From an uncultured Pseudomonadota bacterium (GTDB lineage: Bacteria > Myxococcota_A > UBA796 > SXON01), in the NCBI GenBank assembly GCA_903959175.1, contig CAJBVW010000293.1:2015-66014 (forward strand): 64,000 bases of DNA. Reading direction: 5' to 3'. Below are positions 27,135 to 36,253 of the stretch, piece after piece. The position numbers were made by a program, and so were the translations under genes. A model generated the notes under the pieces. The model ran no database searches and was not told the origin of the DNA. It saw only the letters and a list, made by a program, of their open reading frames with translations. Within the stretch, counting starts at the first letter, position 1; every line of letters begins with the position of its first letter.

Positions 27135-29498
27135 GTGGTGAGCGGAAACCTCGATCGATTGTTGCGCGACCGCTTCGGCCACCCCGGCTTCCGGCCCGGG
27201 CAGGCGGAGGTGGTGGAGCACGTCGTCGGGACCCCCACGGCGCCCGGCGGGGACGCGCTGGTGGTCATGCCGACCGGCGCGGGCAAGTCCCTCTGCTACC
27301 AGGTGCCGGCGGTCGCGCTCGGCGGGGTCGCGGTGGTCGTCTCGCCGCTCATCGCGCTGATGAAGGACCAGGTGGACGGCCTGCTCTCCCGCGGGATCCG
27401 CGCCACGCTCATCAACTCCACGCTCGCGCCCGAGGTGCGCCGCGCGCGGCTCGCGGAGGTCCAGCGCGGCGAGTGGGAGCTCGTGTTCGTCGCGCCCGAG
27501 CGGCTCTCTCCACGCTTCTGCGCCGAGCTGCGCGCCGCCAAGGTGACGCTCTTCGCGGTGGACGAGGCCCACTGCCTCTCGCAGTGGGGGCACGACTTCC
27601 GCCCGGACTACCTGCGTCTCGGCCAGGTGCGGCTCGATCTCGGCGCCCCGCGTACCATCGCGCTCACCGCGACCGCCACGCCCGCGGTGCAGGACGACAT
27701 CGTCAAGAGCCTCGGCCTCGGGGTCGACCCGGCGACGCGCCTGCGCCGCTTCGTGCGCGGCTTCGACCGGACCAACCTCGGCATCGAGGTGATGGAGGTC
27801 AAGGGCCCGCGCGACAAGGACATCCTCCTGCCCGGCCTCGCGATGCCGGGGCCGACGCTCGTGTACTGCGCGACACGCAAGAACGTCGAGCGCGCCGCCC
27901 AGGCCCTGCGCGCGGGTGGGATCGCGGCCGGCGTGTACCACGGCGGCCTCGAGATGAAGGAGCGCACGGAGGTCCAGGACGCCTTCATGTCCGGGCGGTG
28001 CAACGTGGTCGTCGCGACGAACGCCTTCGGCATGGGCGTCGACAAGGACGACGTGCGCGTCGTCGTCCACTACGACCTGCCCGGCACGGTCGAGGCCTAC
28101 TACCAGGAGATCGGCCGCGCCGGTCGCGATGGAAAACGTAGCCGCGTCGTGTTGCTCTACCGCGAGGAAGACCGCGGCATCCAGGAGTTCTTCATCAACC
28201 TCGCGCACCCGCCCGCCGCGTGGGTCCACCGCGTGTGGGACGCGCTGCGCGCCAAGGGCGAGAACCCCGCGTTCCTGTCGATGGACAAGCTCGGCGAGGC
28301 CCTCCCGGACGACGCCGGCGGCGAGCGCGCGGCCGCGAGCTGCGTGTACGTGCTCCAGCGCGAGGGCTACCTGCGGCGCGTGTCCCCCGTCGAGCGCGCG
28401 GGGCAGGCGCGGCTGCTCGCGGGGCGCTCCGAGGCCCGCGGGGACACGCTCAGCGGCATCCGCGGCACCGTGTACGCGTGGCTCCGCGAGCAGAAGCGCG
28501 CGCCGGGAGAGGACGCCGTGGGCGTCTGGCCGGAGCGCCTCGCCGAGGGGCTGGATCTCTCCCGCGACCAGGTCGTCGCCGCGCTCCGCGGCTTGGAGGA
28601 CCGCGGCCTCCTCACCTACACCGCGCCCGAGCGGAGCGGCGGCTTCGAGCTCCTCAAGGACACGCCGCTCACCCTGGACGACGTCGCGATGCGCGCGCGT
28701 CGGTCGCGCGAGCTGCAGAAGCTCCAGAAGATGGTCGACTTCGGCCGTGCCGGCTGTCGCCGCCGGTACATCCTGACCTACTTCGGAGACGTCCCCCCGT
28801 GGGACCGCTGCGGCGACTGCGACGGCTGCCGCGCCGGCAAGCCCCTCGGCACCGAGCCGCGCGCGCTCGCCCCGGACGAGGACGTCGTCGTCCGCAAGGT
28901 GCTCTCCTGCGTGGCGCGCCTCCCCGAGCCGACCACGGCCGGCGTGCTCGCGAAGATCCTCACCGGCAGCCGCGACCCGGCCGCGCTCCGCTCCGAGCGC
29001 ATGTCGACCTACGGGATCTTGTCCAGCTTCACCGCCAGTGAAGTGGAGCAGATCATCGGGGAGCTCGAGCGCGCCGGGGCGCTGTTGCGCGAGTCGAAGA
29101 CCGCCGTGGTCGGCGCCCACACCGGGCAGGGCGCCGAGCGCACCTTCGCGGTGCTGACGCTCACGACGCTCGGCACGAACGTGATGTTCCAGCGGGTGCC
29201 CGGCTTCGCGATGTACTTCCCGCTCGGCAAGCGCGCGCTCACGACGCGTCCCAACCCTGGAGCGCCGCGCCACGTGCAGGTGGACCTTCTGCACGTCCTC
29301 AAGGACGTCCGGGGCAAGCTGGCGAAGGCGGCGGACGTGCCACCCTACGTCGTCGCGCCGAACCGCACGCTCGAGGACATGGCGAGCAAGCGCCCGATGA
29401 CGCGCTCGGCGATGCTCGAGGTGCACGGCATGGGCCCGGAGCGCTACCGCAAGTACGGCGGCGAGCTCCTGGCGACCGTGCGCGGCTGGGCCGGGTAG
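27135..29498 (+). CDS. recQ: ATP-dependent DNA helicase RecQ
   Basis: It has FGHPGFRPGQAEVV, MPTGAGKSLCYQ, DEAHCLSQWGHDFRPDY, a Zn-binding CGDCDGC, and a C-terminal HRDC-like region. Confidence 0.9.
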   Translation: MVSGNLDRLLRDRFGHPGFRPGQAEVVEHVVGTPTAPGGDALVVMPTGAGKSLCYQVPAVALGGVAVVVSPLIALMKDQVDGLLSRGIRATLINSTLAPEVRRARLAEVQRGEWELVFVAPERLSPRFCAELRAAKVTLFAVDEAHCLSQWGHDFRPDYLRLGQVRLDLGAPRTIALTATATPAVQDDIVKSLGLGVDPATRLRRFVRGFDRTNLGIEVMEVKGPRDKDILLPGLAMPGPTLVYCATRKNVERAAQALRAGGIAAGVYHGGLEMKERTEVQDAFMSGRCNVVVATNAFGMGVDKDDVRVVVHYDLPGTVEAYYQEIGRAGRDGKRSRVVLLYREEDRGIQEFFINLAHPPAAWVHRVWDALRAKGENPAFLSMDKLGEALPDDAGGERAAASCVYVLQREGYLRRVSPVERAGQARLLAGRSEARGDTLSGIRGTVYAWLREQKRAPGEDAVGVWPERLAEGLDLSRDQVVAALRGLEDRGLLTYTAPERSGGFELLKDTPLTLDDVAMRARRSRELQKLQKMVDFGRAGCRRRYILTYFGDVPPWDRCGDCDGCRAGKPLGTEPRALAPDEDVVVRKVLSCVARLPEPTTAGVLAKILTGSRDPAALRSERMSTYGILSSFTASEVEQIIGELERAGALLRESKTAVVGAHTGQGAERTFAVLTLTTLGTNVMFQRVPGFAMYFPLGKRALTTRPNPGAPRHVQVDLLHVLKDVRGKLAKAADVPPYVVAPNRTLEDMASKRPMTRSAMLEVHGMGPERYRKYGGELLATVRGWAG

Positions 29499-29502
29499 GG
29501 CG

Positions 29503-29757
29503 CTACCCGCCGGCGGTGTCGTCGCCCGTTGCGGCGGAGCAGCCGGTGCCGTTGGCCTCGTCGGTCGTCTGGAGGTCGGCCAGCGCGGTCTCGCACTGGT
29601 CCTGAAGCTCGGCGTCGTCGCCGGCGTTCTCGGTGCGGCAGGTGTCGCAGTCGAAGGCCTCTTCGCCGTCGTGGCACTCGCACACATAGTCGCAGTAGTC
29701 GGCGCAGGGATCGCCGTAGGTCACGCCGAAGCAGGCGGTGAGGAGGAGCATGAGCAT
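29503..29757 (-). CDS. Small acidic Cys-rich lipoprotein (84 aa)
   Basis: The N-terminus is MLMLLLTAC. The mature part contains CADYCDYVCECHDGEEAFCDTC-type spacing and many Asp/Glu residues. Confidence 0.5.
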   Translation of the reverse strand: MLMLLLTACFGVTYGDPCADYCDYVCECHDGEEAFDCDTCRTENAGDDAELQDQCETALADLQTTDEANGTGCSAATGDDTAGG

Positions 29758-29777
29758 GCCGGGTTATTAACGTACGG

Positions 29778-30545
29778 ATGCCGCCCTCGTTCAAGGATCG
29801 TGTGGTCGTCGTGACCGGCGCCACGAGCGGCATCGGCCGCGCCACCGCGCTGCGCTTCGCCGCCGCCGGCGCCCGGGTCGTGGCCGCCGGCCGGGACCAA
29901 CGCCGCCTCGCCGCGCTCGCGCCCGACGTGGACTGCGCGCTCACCCTCGACGTGACGAGCGCGGAGGGGCTCGCGATCTTCACGGCCGCCGTCCTCGATC
30001 GCTACGGCGGGGTCGACGTCCTGGTGAACAACGCCGGCGTCGGCCTCTTCAAGTCCTGGGACAACACGGACGAGGCCGCGCTGCGCCGCGTGATGGAGGT
30101 CAACCTGTTCGGCGCCGTCGCCGTCGCGCGGGCGTTCCTGCCGTCGCTGATCGCGCGCAAGGGCGTGCTCGTGCAGATCGCGAGCGTCGCCGGGAAGCGC
30201 GGCTACCCGAAGCACACCGCCTACTGCGCCGCCAAACACGGCCTCGTCGGCTGGTCCGAGGCGCTCCGGCACGACCTCCGCGGCACCGGCTGCGACGTGG
30301 TGGTGGTGTGCCCGCCGGCCGTGCGGACCCCCTTCTTCGAGAACGCCGGCTACCTGACCTTCGACGAGGACCATCCGGGCTTCGTCCCCATGACGGCCGA
30401 CATCGCCGCGGCCGGCATCCTCGACGCCACGGCCGCGCGCAGCCGCACCGCGGTCCTCTCGCCGCGGGCGCGCGCCCTCTACGCGCTCTCGGTGGTGGCG
30501 CCGGGCGCGCTCGAGGCGATCCAGCGCTGGAAGGGGAGGGGATAG
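29778..30545 (+). CDS. Short-chain dehydrogenase/reductase (SDR)
   Basis: It has TGATSGIGRA, NNAG and the YCAAK catalytic motif. Length is 255 aa. Confidence 0.85.
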   Translation: MPPSFKDRVVVVTGATSGIGRATALRFAAAGARVVAAGRDQRRLAALAPDVDCALTLDVTSAEGLAIFTAAVLDRYGGVDVLVNNAGVGLFKSWDNTDEAALRRVMEVNLFGAVAVARAFLPSLIARKGVLVQIASVAGKRGYPKHTAYCAAKHGLVGWSEALRHDLRGTGCDVVVVCPPAVRTPFFENAGYLTFDEDHPGFVPMTADIAAAGILDATAARSRTAVLSPRARALYALSVVAPGALEAIQRWKGRG

Positions 30546-30551
30546 CTCCGG

Positions 30552-32744
30552 TTACGCGCGCCGCCGGCGGGCCACCGCCGCCAGGCCGAGGAGCGCGAGG
30601 GCCGCAGAGCCGGTGCCCGTCGTGTCGCAGCCGCACCCGCCGTCCCCGTCGTCCGTCGCCGAGCCCGTGTCCTCGTCGGGGACGTCCGTGTCCACCGCCG
30701 TGTCGCCGGTGTCGCACGTCGTGACGCCGGCGTCCTCGTCGTCACAGTCGAGGTCGGCCGCGACGCCGTCACCGTCCTGGTCGTCGTCGTTGCCGTCGCA
30801 GTCCTGATCCACGCCGTCGTACCAGACCTCCTCCGCGCCGGGGCGGATCGCGGAGTTGGCGTCGTCGCAGTCGTCCTCGAGGGCGAAGCCGTCGCCGTCG
30901 ACATCGTATTCGTCGGCCTCCACGCAGTCGGTCACGACGCCGTCGTAGGGGGTGTCGGGCGCCCCGAGGTAGATGTCGTCGCGCGCGTCGTCGCAGTCCT
31001 CTCCGCCGTGGCTGGCGGAGTCCTGCCCGTCGGCGTCGCCGTCGTAGTCGGAGTTGCCGGCGCAGTCGCTGTCCACGCCGTCGTACCAGGCGTCGGCCGC
31101 CCCCGGGAACGTGGCGGCGGCGCGATCGTCGCAGTCGGTGTCGGCGGGGAAGCCGTCGCGATCCTGATCGTCGTCGTTGCCGTCGCAGTCCTGATCGACG
31201 TCGTCGTACCAGGCCTCCGCCGCGTCGGGGCGCACGGACGCGTCCCCGTCGTCGCAGTCGGACGCGGTCGCGACGTAGCCCTCGGGGTCGGCGCACGCGA
31301 GCGTGGTCTCGGTGCCGCCCCAGCCGTCGCCGTCGGCGTCGACGTACCAGGTGAGGGCGTCGACGGCGTCGGGCTCGTCCACCGTGCCGTCGCAGTCGTC
31401 GTCGATGTCGTTGCACGCCTCGGTGCCGCTCGGGGAGACGGCGGCGTCTCCATCGTCGCAGTCGAGGCAGGCCACGAAGCCGTCCCCGTCCCCGTCTCCG
31501 AAGCCGGTTGACCCGTCGCAGTTGTAGTCCGTGGGGTCGTCGCACGACTCGGTGGCGCCGGGGTTGAACGCGCTCGACCCGTCGTCACAGTCGCCGGGCA
31601 CGGCGGTGTAGCCGGAGGGGACGACGCAGGTGTCCGCGGTGGTGGCGGCGCCGTAGCCGTCGGCGTCGCTGTCGAGGTACCAGCGGGAGGTGCCGGTGAC
31701 GTCGGCGTCGGCGTCGTCCGAGAGGCCGTCGCAGTCCTCGTCGAGATCGAGGGCGTCGCACACCTCGGCGGCGTCGGGGTGGACGGCCCCGCGCGTGTCG
31801 TCGCAGTCGGTGGCGTCCGCCGTATAGCCGAGCGGTGCCACACACTCGGGCGTCGCGACGGAGGCGTCGCCGTAGCTGTCCCCGTCGGCGTCCCGGAAGA
31901 AGGACACGGCGTCGAGCGAGCCGGGGCCGTCCACCGCGCCGTCGCAGTCCTCGTCCACGCCGTCGCAGGTCTCGTCGGCGTCCGGGCGGATGGCGGCCTG
32001 GCCGTCGTCGCAGTCGCCGTCGATCGTCACGTAGCCGGCGAGCGCCGTGCAGCTCCGGACGGAGGCGCCGTCGGCGCCCCAGCCGTCCTCGTCGGCGTCC
32101 GGCCAGTAGGGCGTGCCGTCCACCGGCGACTCGTCGGTGGTGCCATCGCAGTCCTCGTCCACCCCGTCGCAGGTCTCCGAGGCGTTCGGGGCGATCGCAG
32201 CGTCGCCGTCGTCGCAGTCGGCGCCGGTGCCGTCGTCACAGCCCTCGTACCCGTCGCCGTCGAGGTCGTCGCAGCCGTCGTCCACCGTGAGGGTCAGGTT
32301 CGAGGCGAGGGCCCAGGCGTCTCCCGAGGAGGCGCGGTCCCCGTTGACGGCGTTGCCCGCGCCGCGCACGGTGTAGGTGCCCTCGGCGGTCGGCGCGCGC
32401 CAGCTGAAGTTGAAGGTGACGGCCCCCCCGCTCATCGCGGTCGTGGCGGAGTGGGTCACCTCGCCGCCGGTCACGCGGGTGTTGGAGCCCGCGACGAGCG
32501 TGCCGCCGGACGCTGCCACGTCGAGGCCGGCGCCCGACGTCGCGCTGCCCGAGTTGGCGATCCGCATCGTGAGCACGAGCACCTCGCCGGGCTCCGCGGT
32601 CGCCACCGTGGCGCCGAACGTGGCGGTGGTCGAAGCCGAGGCCGTGGCACCGTGGCACGCGCCGCACCCGCTGGTGGTGCTGCCGGTCTTGCCGGCGCTG
32701 TAGGCGAACGCGGGAGAGGTCGCGAGTAGGAAGAGGAGGCTCAT
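30552..32744 (-). CDS. Secreted MopE-motif repeat protein with a MYXO-CTERM-type anchor
   Basis: It has a signal peptide and an N-terminal beta-rich domain carrying GCGACHG. About a dozen CDDxD....P.A.E.CDG(V/I)D(E/Q)DCDG units follow. The C-terminus is GGCGCDTTGTGSAALALLGLAAVARRRRA. Confidence 0.8.
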   Translation of the reverse strand: MSLLFLLATSPAFAYSAGKTGSTTSGCGACHGATASASTTATFGATVATAEPGEVLVLTMRIANSGSATSGAGLDVAASGGTLVAGSNTRVTGGEVTHSATTAMSGGAVTFNFSWRAPTAEGTYTVRGAGNAVNGDRASSGDAWALASNLTLTVDDGCDDLDGDGYEGCDDGTGADCDDGDAAIAPNASETCDGVDEDCDGTTDESPVDGTPYWPDADEDGWGADGASVRSCTALAGYVTIDGDCDDGQAAIRPDADETCDGVDEDCDGAVDGPGSLDAVSFFRDADGDSYGDASVATPECVAPLGYTADATDCDDTRGAVHPDAAEVCDALDLDEDCDGLSDDADADVTGTSRWYLDSDADGYGAATTADTCVVPSGYTAVPGDCDDGSSAFNPGATESCDDPTDYNCDGSTGFGDGDGDGFVACLDCDDGDAAVSPSGTEACNDIDDDCDGTVDEPDAVDALTWYVDADGDGWGGTETTLACADPEGYVATASDCDDGDASVRPDAAEAWYDDVDQDCDGNDDDQDRDGFPADTDCDDRAAATFPGAADAWYDGVDSDCAGNSDYDGDADGQDSASHGGEDCDDARDDIYLGAPDTPYDGVVTDCVEADEYDVDGDGFALEDDCDDANSAIRPGAEEVWYDGVDQDCDGNDDDQDGDGVAADLDCDDEDAGVTTCDTGDTAVDTDVPDEDTGSATDDGDGGCGCDTTGTGSAALALLGLAAVARRRRA

Positions 32745-32775
32745 CCTTTTCGCCTACAACTGCCTCCGCGCGCCG

Positions 32776-33537
32776 TCAATCGATGTCTTCGTCGAGCGTA
32801 CCCCGGCCCCCCGCAATGAACTCGCGGACGTAGCGGATCTCGGACTTTTCGGTCTCTTCCGCGGTGCCGGTGAACGCGATGCGCTTGTTGTAGAGCATCG
32901 CGATGCGGTCGGTGACGGTGAAGCAGGAGTCCATGTCGTGGGTCACGACGATGCTGGTGACGCCGAGCCGCTTCTGGAGGGAGAGGATGAGGCCGTTGAT
33001 GCGGCGCACGTTGATGGGGTCGAGGCCGGTGGTGGGCTCGTCGTAGAGGATCACCTCCGGCTTCATCGCGATGGCGCGGGCCAGGCCGACGCGCTTGCGC
33101 ATGCCGCCGGACAGCGCCGCGGGCTTGAGCGCCTCGGTGCCGGGGAGCCCGACCATGTCAAGGACCTCGGCCACGCGGTCGTCCATCTCCTTCTCGGTGC
33201 CCCAGCTGTGCTCGCGCAACGGGTACTTGATGTTCTGCGCGACCGTGAGGGAGTCGAACAGCGCGCCGCTCTGGAACAGGAAGCCGAAGCGCCGCCGGAT
33301 CGGGCCCATGCCGCGCTCGTCGAGCTTCGTGACCTCCTGGCCGAAGGCCTGGATGCTCCCGGCGTCGGTGGAGAGCAGGCCGGTGAGCATCTTGAGGAGG
33401 ACGCTCTTCCCGCTGCCGGAGCCGCCGATGATCGTGAGGGTCTCCCCCGGGTACACGTCGAGCGTGCAGTCCTCGTAGATGACCTTCGGGCCGAAGGCCT
33501 TCTGGACGCCGATGAAGCGGATGATGGGATCAGCCAT
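32776..33537 (-). CDS. mlaF: MlaF-type ABC transporter ATPase
   Basis: Walker A is GGSGSGKS and the signature is LSGGMRKRVGLARA. It overlaps mlaE by 8 nt. Confidence 0.8.
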   Translation of the reverse strand: MADPIIRFIGVQKAFGPKVIYEDCTLDVYPGETLTIIGGSGSGKSVLLKMLTGLLSTDAGSIQAFGQEVTKLDERGMGPIRRRFGFLFQSGALFDSLTVAQNIKYPLREHSWGTEKEMDDRVAEVLDMVGLPGTEALKPAALSGGMRKRVGLARAIAMKPEVILYDEPTTGLDPINVRRINGLILSLQKRLGVTSIVVTHDMDSCFTVTDRIAMLYNKRIAFTGTAEETEKSEIRYVREFIAGGRGTLDEDID

Positions 33538-34291
33538 ACAGCGCCAGGAAGAGCTTGGTGAGGAAGAAGTTCGACACCAGCAGGCAGATCGCGCCGACGA
33601 CGACGGCCTGGGTGGTGGCGTGGCCGACGCCCTCGGTGCCGCCGGTGGTGTTCAGCCCGATGAAGCAGCCGACGATGCCGATGATGTAGCCGAAGGCCAC
33701 CGACTTCATCAGCCCGTGCATCAGGTCGGACACCCAGAGGGTGTCGAGGATCTGCGCGTAGAAGAAGCTGGGGGTGATCCCGACCTCACGCACGGTGATG
33801 ATCATCGCGCCGGTGATGCCGACGAAGTCCGCGAGGATGGTGAGGAGCGGGAGCATCACGATGCACGCGAAGACGCGCGGCGCCACCAGCTTCTTGATGG
33901 GGTCGGCGCCGAGGGCGCGGATGGCGTCCACCTGCTCGGTCACGACCATGGATCCGAGCTCGGCCGCGAAGCCGCTGCCGACGCGCCCGCCCACGAGCAG
34001 CGCGGTGAGCATCGGACCGAGCTCGCGGACGATGCCGAGGGCGGCGAGCTTCCCGGTGTACATGCTCGCGCCGTAGGGCTCGAGGCCGGTCGAGAACTGG
34101 AGCGCCAGCACCATTCCGGTGAAGGCGGCGGTGAGCACCGTGATCGACCAGCTCTGGAGCCCGGCCGTGTCGAACTGGTGGATGAGCGGCCGCACCTCGA
34201 TGGGGAGGCGCCAGAAGGCGAACAGCGTGCTCCAGGACAGGCGCGCGACGGCGCCGAAGCTCTGGAGGAAGGTCGTGAACCGGGCCGTCAC
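33530..34291 (-). CDS. mlaE: MlaE-type ABC transporter permease
   Basis: It has VRELGPMLTALLVGGRVGSGFAAELGSMVVTEQVDA. The GTG start at 34291 overlaps the upstream stop in a GTGA arrangement. Confidence 0.8.
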   Translation of the reverse strand: MTARFTTFLQSFGAVARLSWSTLFAFWRLPIEVRPLIHQFDTAGLQSWSITVLTAAFTGMVLALQFSTGLEPYGASMYTGKLAALGIVRELGPMLTALLVGGRVGSGFAAELGSMVVTEQVDAIRALGADPIKKLVAPRVFACIVMLPLLTILADFVGITGAMIITVREVGITPSFFYAQILDTLWVSDLMHGLMKSVAFGYIIGIVGCFIGLNTTGGTEGVGHATTQAVVVGAICLLVSNFFLTKLFLALYG

Positions 34292-34767
34292 AGCGGCGAG
34301 AACCCGGTGAGGAGGCGCTCGTAGGCCTCCCACCCCTGGTCGAAGGTGCCGGGCGGTGCGATGAGGGCGAGGTCGTAGGTGCAGGCGCCGCGGTTCACGA
34401 CGGCGAGCGCGACGGTCACTTTCACGCCGTCGAGGCGCCCGGTGTGGACGCGCAGCACGCCCTCGCGGCCGCCGAGCGGGCGCAGCTCGTCCCGCGTCGT
34501 CTCGACGCCGCGCAGGCCGGCGGTGAGCTCGGTGGCGAGGTCCTCCGTGCGGGACTCGCTGTACCGCGGCCCGCAGTTGGAGTCGGCGTAGAGCGCCGCC
34601 TTCAAGCTGCCGTTGTACCAGGCGCGGTCGGCGCCGCCGGGGTCGACCGTGGCCCAGCCCTCGCCGGGGGCGGGGAGCGTGTACTTGTTCTCGAGCCGCT
34701 TCGCGAGGACGTGGCTCGCGGGCATGCAGCCCGCCGCGAGGAGGGCGAGCACGACGGCGCGTTTCAC
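34288..34767 (-). CDS. Hypothetical lipoprotein (159 aa) embedded in the ABC operon
   Basis: The N-terminus is VKRAVVLALLAAGC. There are GTGA overlaps at both ends (34764-34767 and 34288-34291). Confidence 0.6.
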   Translation of the reverse strand: MKRAVVLALLAAGCMPASHVLAKRLENKYTLPAPGEGWATVDPGGADRAWYNGSLKAALYADSNCGPRYSESRTEDLATELTAGLRGVETTRDELRPLGGREGVLRVHTGRLDGVKVTVALAVVNRGACTYDLALIAPPGTFDQGWEAYERLLTGFSPL

Positions 34768-35477
34768 GCGGCCCCCGTGACGCGGAGGAAGAGGTCCTCC
34801 AGGCGCTCGCCGGGCCCGACGATCTCCGCGACGGTGCCGAGGACCGCGATGCGGCCCTTGTGCACGATGGCGAGCCGGTCGCAGACCTCTGCGGCGTCCT
34901 CCATCGTGTGGGTCGAGAGGAAGACGGTGCGCCCCTCGGCGGCGAGGTCCCGGAACACCTTCTTGATCTGCCGGGCGCCGCGCGGGTCGAGCCCGACCAT
35001 CGGCTCGTCGACGATGAGGAGGCGGGGCTCGGTGAGCAGCGCGCCGGCCAGGGTGAGGCGCTGCTTCATGCCGTGCGAGAAGCTCTCCACCAGCGCGTCC
35101 GCCTGCTCGAAGAGGAGCTGCTCGGCGAGGCGCGCGTCGACACGATCCGCCAGGCCCGCGGAGGGCATGTTGTAGATATCCGCGAGGAAGCGGAGGAACT
35201 CGCGCGCCGTCAGCTTGTCGTAGAGGTAGGGCCGGTCGGGGATGAAGCTCATCCGACGGCGGGCCTCGACGGGGTCCGTCGCGAGGGAGACGCCGTCGAT
35301 CCAGATCTCGCCGCCCGACGGGGGGAGCACGCCGCCGAGCATGCGCAGCGTGGTCGTCTTCCCCGCGCCGTTGAGCCCCAGGAAGCCGAAGACCTCGCCG
35401 TGCCGGACCTCGAGGTCGAGCGGCCACACCGCCTGGAACGAGCCGTAGCGTTTCTCGATCTGGCGGGCGCGGATCAT
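34764..35477 (-). CDS. ABC transporter ATP-binding protein (ABC-2/NatA-like); no permease partner in its own operon
   Basis: ATG (cat at 35475-35477) lies inside track ORF 34764..35627. Walker A is GLNGAGKTT, the signature is FSHGMKQRL, and Walker B is LLIVDEP. Confidence 0.8.
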   Translation of the reverse strand: MIRARQIEKRYGSFQAVWPLDLEVRHGEVFGFLGLNGAGKTTTLRMLGGVLPPSGGEIWIDGVSLATDPVEARRRMSFIPDRPYLYDKLTAREFLRFLADIYNMPSAGLADRVDARLAEQLLFEQADALVESFSHGMKQRLTLAGALLTEPRLLIVDEPMVGLDPRGARQIKKVFRDLAAEGRTVFLSTHTMEDAAEVCDRLAIVHKGRIAVLGTVAEIVGPGERLEDLFLRVTGAA

Positions 35478-35626
35478 CAGGTTCGTACCTAACGCGGATG
35501 GGGAGGGGCGCGAAGGCTTGCGCGCACGCCCCGTGGGCGAACGGCGGGACGTTGCCGACGGGCAGCCGTCCGTAAGCCGGAGCCCCCCGTTTTTGGGGTA
35601 GGTTTCCCACACGCGAGGCCTCCCCA

Positions 35627-36244
35627 ATGGCGCAGCCGAACCGGTTCCGACTCCTGCTCCTCGACCCGGTGAAGCTCCGACGGGATCGCGCTGAGCAGGC
35701 GCTCAGGTTGCGCTTCGACATCGAGAGCTGCGGCCGGCTGGAAGAGGCGATGCAGGCGGTCACCACCCGTCCGCCGCACGCGGTGGTCGCCACCCTCCGC
35801 CAGCTCGAGGACAACGGGCTGGTCGCGGGGAGGACCCTCCGGTCGCGGCTCGGGCCCGACCCGTTCATCGTCGTCCATGGCGCAGCCGACACCCGAAAGT
35901 CGAGCGCAGACCGTCAGACTCTGGCCGACCGTCACGGGGTGGACGTGTGGAGCGAGTCCGCGCTCGAGCCCGATGGCATCGAGGTCGTAGTGTGGGGCGA
36001 GCTCATCCGTCGCAACCGTCCCAAGGCGGCGCCGCCGCCCTCGCTGCTGGAGCGCGCGCGGTCGACCAGCACCGACGACGTGAAGGCCTTCCTCACGAAG
36101 GACCGCCCCCTCATCGCGACCCCGCCGCGTGCGGCCGACGAGGAGCCCGGGTGGATGGAGCTCCTGAACGCGCCCCCGACCACGGCGAACATGAAGCGCT
36201 TGCTCACCAAGGACATCGGCGGGGCGCGAAAGCCGAAGGACTAA
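35627..36244 (+). CDS. Receiver-like (pseudo-receiver) domain protein with a disordered C-terminus
   Basis: The N-terminal 120 aa follow the REC pattern (RLLLLDP..., AVVATL, FIVVHGAA). The phospho-acceptor position reads T, and the conserved T and K positions are not matched. Confidence 0.4.
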   Translation: MAQPNRFRLLLLDPVKLRRDRAEQALRLRFDIESCGRLEEAMQAVTTRPPHAVVATLRQLEDNGLVAGRTLRSRLGPDPFIVVHGAADTRKSSADRQTLADRHGVDVWSESALEPDGIEVVVWGELIRRNRPKAAPPPSLLERARSTSTDDVKAFLTKDRPLIATPPRAADEEPGWMELLNAPPTTANMKRLLTKDIGGARKPKD

Positions 36245-36253
36245 GCGGCGCGG

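Noticed and set aside
24248-29687. 1297-aa plus-strand ORF (24248..28141) and 857-aa minus-strand ORF (27114..29687)
   Set aside because: They are antisense to the YdeP-type molybdoenzyme, fdhD and recQ respectively. They have no motifs and a biased composition.
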